A DNA stretch of 63,274 nt, filler included. It is 12 parts of 12 records of this genome, joined end to end, with 100 filler letters (N's around TTAATTAATTAA, not from the genome) between each part and the next. Parts side by side here need not be neighbours in the genome. Positions count along the whole stretch, not along the records: positions 55,211 to 59,486 come from SRR15195285_4010; positions 59,587 to 63,274 come from SRR15195285_4029; 10 more parts are not named here. One strand, given 5' to 3'. Shown here in pieces: positions 58,601-63,274 of the stretch. The position numbers were made by a program, and so were the translations under genes. The notes under the pieces were generated by a model. It saw nothing but the letters and a program-made list of their open reading frames with translations. It did no database searches and had not been told where the DNA came from. Each line of letters begins with the position of its first letter. The stretch's first letter is position 1.

Positions 58601-59486
58601 CGCCCCCCGTTTGTCCTTCTTCTTGTGGCATAAAAAAGCCTTCGCCCTCGAACCGTCCGCCTTCGTCTGAAGGAACGCTATCCGCTTCTGCATGCTCACC
58701 ACCTGCGCCTCGACATCCAACTCCTCCATTTCGGCCTGCCAAATTGCGCACTCAAGGACCAGCATCTGCCGCTCCAGATTCGAAACCGTCTCCAGCATCT
58801 GCCGCATCTGCTGCATCTCCAGATCTGTCCGCCGCATCTCCAGATCTGTCCTGTGAGGACCAGCACGCCTTTTTTCTCCCTGTGAGGACCAGCAAACAGG
58901 CCACACGGCCCGGTTGTGTGAGAGATAGACGAGGGCCGGCACAGGACAGGCACAAGAGAGGTCCGGCGTGACAAAAGGCACGGCAAGAAAAGCAAGGAAA
59001 AAGAAGCACGGACCGCCTCCAACATTTTCTTAACACCGGTGTTAAGATTCTCAATTTTGAAATAGTGTAAGGCATAACTCTGGAAGTCTTCTGCCTTGGC
59101 GCCTCCAAGCCTCCACGCGTGCGCCGCCAGCTTCTTGAGCTGTACAGCGCGCACGGTGCCGGACTCGTCGAAGCGAACGAAGTGCGAGTTGGCCCCGAAG
59201 GTGTTCCTCTCGAACCGCACGTACGCGCCGCCGACGTCGCCTTCCCACGGTACCAGGTGCCCCTCGAAGTGCAGACGCGTGCCGGGGGGCATGGCCTCGT
59301 CTGCCATACCCCGCTCGCGCTGCTCGGACTGCGCCGCCTGGGCTTGCTCAAACTGCTTCACCAGCTCCTTCTGCGCCGCCTGGGCTCGCGCGGCCACGGC
59401 CTCCTCTCGGCCACGGAGGCAAGCTCCCACCTTCATCCAGTGCACCCAGCACTCCGCGGTCCACGGCGCCGCCGCCAGCTCCGCCT
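55645..59486 (-). CDS. Multidomain scaffold: Snf7-like helices, PDZ, PH, MLKL-NTD-like helical bundle, WW-like, coiled coil; 5' truncated; introns 58880-59013, 58429-58564, 57776-57846, 56977-57067
   Basis: KKDKRGALMPLKLKKLYDE|EIKKLERQ; PDZ GFGLDI...VVTNVDAGCQAEGLGVKIGMVLIRIGG; PH RWFWVDAAARTLCWGK...YELWLHGCRAVL; PYWVDSATGQSSWDRP. Four phase-0 GT-AG introns join the separate ORFs into one frame. Confidence 0.75.
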
Positions 59487-59586
59487 NNNNNNNNNNNNNN
59501 NNNNNNNNNNNNNNNNNNNNNNNNNNNNNNTTAATTAATTAANNNNNNNNNNNNNNNNNNNNNNNNNNNNNNNNNNNNNNNNNNNN
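59487..59586. other. Artificial contig spacer
   Basis: N44-TTAATTAATTAA-N44. Confidence 0.99.
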
Positions 59587-60027
59587 TCCGCTCACAGTAT
59601 GGGAGAAATCACTGGGCCTAAGCGGGAATAGATCTACCTTCAGGTAGCCGGAGTAGATCTAAATCCATCGCGCGCGATGGCGTGCGTATGCGCGCGCGCC
59701 GGTGCGATGCTTGCCCGCGAACTCGCAGCGTGCTCGCTCGCCGCCGACGCACTCCGAGTCCCCAGTGACGACGGTGCGTTGTTGTCCCTATCGATGTGGT
59801 GCAGCAGTCCGAAGCTTGCAGCGATCGAACAGGAACTCCAGGAGCACGAGCAGGAGCAGGACGTGATGCCGAGGTGCTTCCATCATCCGTGACCACGTCG
59901 CCCAGCGTCGCGGGCCTCCGTCGATCGCTACGCGCACTGATGGATCGCACCCGTCGTGTGAACCTCCTGAGCAGCGGTCGCACTTGCTAGATAGGGTGCT
60001 GCTTTGGAGCAGATACAGAAGCCGGCG

Positions 60028-61055
60028 ATGGCCAGCGCTCGAGAGGCCCTCGCAATCGGTCTGGGTGGCGGCCTGGCGAGCATGTTCGCGCGGCTGCTGG
60101 TGTACCCCGTTGATGTGCTGAGAACTGTTTACGTCACCAAAGGGCGCGGTGGGGTGCGGGCGCTCGGGCTGATCGATCTGTACCGTGGGCTTTACCCGGC
60201 AATGGTCGATGCGTTCGCTTACCATGCGGCTAACTTTGGTATATATGAGCTACTCAAGGGCGTGTATTTTCGGCTGGTCTCGCGCGCGGCATCTATTGGA
60301 GCGCCGCTGCCGCCACTGGTGGGGCTGGGGCTTGGCATGATTTCGGGTGCCGTGGGAATGGTGCTCTGCTACCCATTCACGACGGTCATCCTGCGGATGT
60401 CCTCGGAGCAGGAGTCCGCGACCAAAGCAACTCGCAAGATCGTGCAGGCTGACGGTCTATTTGGTCTGTGGCGAGGGCTGCTGGCGGGGCTGCTCATGGC
60501 GCCACGGCCAGGCCTCGCATTCGTCGCGGTGGAGCTGCTTCAACCTTTCTTCGTACGCGTGCGAGGCGGGCTGCCGCTGACGCCGTTCCTCAATTTCGTT
60601 ACCGGGGCAATGGCAGACTGTGTGAGCACTGCAGCGGTCTGGCCGTTGGCTTTCGCCCGGATCCAGACCGCTGTCGGAGACCGCGATGAAAGCAAGGCGA
60701 TGCAGGTGCAGCAAAAGAGCCGTTCTGCGGTGCGTGCGTCCACAATCTATGCTAGCGAAGTCCCAATTGCCACTGCCAGCGGTCACACTCGGATTATTGT
60801 GCCTAGTAACTTCACTGCCTTGATATGTGCGCGTGCGCGCGAGATAGTATGTTTGAGTTCGAATCCATTGCATCGCCTTCGCAGCTCGGGCGCATCGCAG
60901 AAACGTTGAGCAGTGCGATCCGGGAGCACGGTATCTTGCGCATTTACTACGGTCTGAAGGAAGAAATGGTAGGGCTCTCACTGAAAGGCGGCATTCGATG
61001 GATGGCCAAGCCAGCGTTTGATGGATTTTGTTTGGCACTTTTCCGTGTACGTTGA
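60028..61055 (+). CDS. Mitochondrial carrier family (SLC25) protein; intron 60730-60884
   Basis: Three repeats: YPVDVLRT...LYRGL, YPFTTVILR...DGLFGLWRGL, WPLAFARIQ...HGILRIYYGL. Confidence 0.88.
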
Positions 61056-61201
61056 ACGATGGGTTTAGTATCTTGGTTTTGGCTGGGGTCCTGAGTTTAG
61101 CATGGTGCTGAGCACACACAGACCTGCCACCTTGCAACAACAATAGGTTAACGAAAGTGCTTAGCACCCCGCTGGCATGTGAGGGCGGAGCAAGCGCATA
61201 A

Positions 61202-62686
61202 TTATGTACCAGGAATTGAGGCCGCGTGTCCGTGTGCAAACTGGGCGTGCGCAAGGAGCTCCTCAATTCCGACATCACCTCGAGCATCATGCTTCAGCGT
61301 AAACGCATCAATGCTGAGGAATCTAGGCGACATGATATCAGGTGTCACAGGTATATATTGAAATACCCCAGCCCGCAGTGCGCAGAGGGCGTTACAAGTA
61401 CTTGCCGGTGTGTGGCGCGGTATAACCGATGGTGAGAGATGTATCCTCACCCTCCAATCGCCTGTCGAACACAGCCGATTGTCAAATTGTTGCGCGCACA
61501 AACATATCGCCAAGCTCGAATGCAGCACTTCAAGTTCACAACTACAGAAGGAGACACAGGCACTGCGGTGCTGCATACCGGCCACCGTCGCTCGCAGTAA
61601 TGCCGGTGATGGCCACGTCGTCAGGGGAGATGCCTAATACAGGACACGCCGGTCTCAAATTCAAACAACGTAGACCATCAAACACGCTTAATCTGAGGAC
61701 ACCGAAGATATGCACCCTGCAATACAACACAGAGCTTCTCCGTGCACACATGTGGGCGCAGTACTTACCGTACTGTGCCGCCACCTGCTCGCGGAACGCC
61801 TGCGCGAGTGCAGCAGCCTCAGCATCTGCTGCAATTTCATCGGGATCAAGCGTGTTGTCTTCCCACGCGTTGCCCTGATCACCGAGGACCGCCGCGTAGC
61901 TCCTGCAGAAACACCAGTGAGGTAGCTGTCAGGTGGTTGCTCGTAGGGCGCTGCGACAAGCTTGTATGTGCCTGGCGCAGTGTCAAAGATCTGCTGTATG
62001 AGCCTGCGCCACCAAGCTGCCACTACACCGCTCTGTTCTGCCGCACACATGCTCCGTCCATCGGCGTGAGTGTTATACTGCTCCGCTGCTCATGAGCAGT
62101 TGCAGAATGCTATGTTCGGGTCCACACGCCCCACTCCATAAACTGAATCTCCCAGGATTGCACTCGTTAGGCGCGGTTGGTCTCAACTTCGCCCGACGTG
62201 TTGCCGCTGCACACCTCCCGGACATCTCTATAATGGAATACGGGGATTCAAGGACCTGAACTTACGAGTCTACATCTATCGCCATTTGTGACGTCGTAAT
62301 CCCACCCCCGTAGACACTCTGTGGGGTGTTCGCGCAGCCGGTGAGCTCGCGGTTAGACGTGTGCACCCACAGCTTCAACTCCACAATATGTGACACGCAG
62401 GAGCACGCACGTTGAGCTGCTGAATCTTGTGCATCACATTGGTCTGCACAGAGGTTTGGGCCTGTAGAACCCGGAGCAAGTGCGTCAACTGCGCCCACCG
62501 CACCACCACAGCATGTGTGAGCGAGCGCCTGCCCCCTGTCCGCTCCATGCGTCGCGCGTACGACAGCTTTCAGGTCCTATGGGTGATGTGGGAAGCGCGC
62601 ACGATGCCGTCCTGTAGCTCGCATTGTTGCGCATGGGTCGGAGCGAACAGTCCCAACAAGCCGAGAAGCAAGCCGAGAAGCCGCAT
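61202..62686 (-). CDS. Putative secreted protein, many short exons, model uncertain
   Basis: Signal-like MRLLGLLLGLLGLFAPTHA at 62686; exon pieces bounded by GT/AG, e.g. SYAAVLGDQGNAWED...FREQVAAQY|GISPDDVAITGIT; 3' end unresolved. Confidence 0.45.
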
Positions 62687-63274
62687 CGCAAGCAGGTAGC
62701 GCCCCGAGCACCAAACGACCTACCAGCAGCCACAGTAGCACACTCAAGTACAGTGTCATGCCAGAGAGTCGATTTATCGTCAGCCGCTCACAGGGTCAGC
62801 CCTTGCCTATGCTGTATTGCCTATTGCCCCTGGAAATCAAATGATGATTATACTGTACAATTCATTACTCGATTGATGCAACATGCAAGATAGCATACTA
62901 CTCAAGTACCGGTCCAATGGTAGTAGTATTATTTTAGTACAAAATCTATACAGTACAGGATGACTGTACTCATGCGTCATGGCAATCTACCTGGTACTCA
63001 GAGTACATTCTCTGGTACTACTGCAGTAGTACGTACTAGTAGGAAAGGTTCCTACCGGTACTGGTACCACTACTACTCAGAGTAGTACCTACGCACCAGG
63101 ACTACTACTAGCTAGTAGTACATTTTGTACTACTGGTGCGTGCGGTTGAACAAGGTGTACTGAAGCATGTGCTGATGAACCTTGCATGCTCGCTCATCAC
63201 CCTCCGTGGTAGGTCGCAACTGCGTTGCAGTTCTACCGGTACATGTACGTACGTACTACAGCTGTACAGTAGCA

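Noticed and set aside
4794-59586. Regularly recurring TTAATTAATTAA flanked by Ns as a biological repeat or CRISPR-like array
   Set aside because: Identical 100-nt artificial joiners; ORFs ending in X...LIN are artefacts of them
15551-62300. Stop-codon readthrough, alternative genetic code or programmed frameshifts to explain broken ORFs
   Set aside because: The breaks I examined are explained by frame-preserving spliceosomal introns; TAA, TAG and TGA all serve as normal stops
1-63274. rRNA, tRNA, CRISPR arrays, transposases, viral hallmark genes
   Set aside because: None recognised by eye; small RNAs cannot be excluded without tRNAscan-SE or Infernal

Overview
This window is not one locus. 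It is 12 short contigs (about 3.4-8.2 kb) joined by 11 identical artificial 100-nt spacers (N44-TTAATTAATTAA-N44), so adjacency across a spacer has no biological meaning. The DNA is GC-rich, gene-dense and eukaryotic: it has many short spliceosomal introns (about 65-230 nt, donors mostly GTGCGY or GTAAGT, CTRAC branch sites), Glu-Pro repeats, and contig ends that often fall in microsatellites. This fits a single-cell or metagenomic assembly of a heterotrophic protist; Picozoa is a tentative guess from recalled sequence style only. About 24 protein genes can be supported, including CysRS, a kinesin-13-like motor, a GH3 beta-xylosidase, a C69 peptidase, a MAPEG protein, an MFS transporter, an SLC25 carrier and a 2OG oxygenase. 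No rRNA, tRNA, CRISPR array or transposase was recognised. Most notable: (1) a PolA-type 5'-3' exonuclease with a large insertion and a C-terminal HIRAN domain, and on another contig a zf-PARP-HIRAN protein; (2) immune-like architectures, namely a membrane-anchored ARM-TIR protein and a PDZ-PH-MLKL-like-WW protein; (3) an ShKT domain inserted inside a CPH-like domain; (4) a 15-25 nt motif, (TGAGTCAATT)TCAACCTGGGYACTG, upstream of three unrelated genes in sense orientation; (5) two homologous introns within one gene. All domain calls come from motif recognition by eye, not from database searches.
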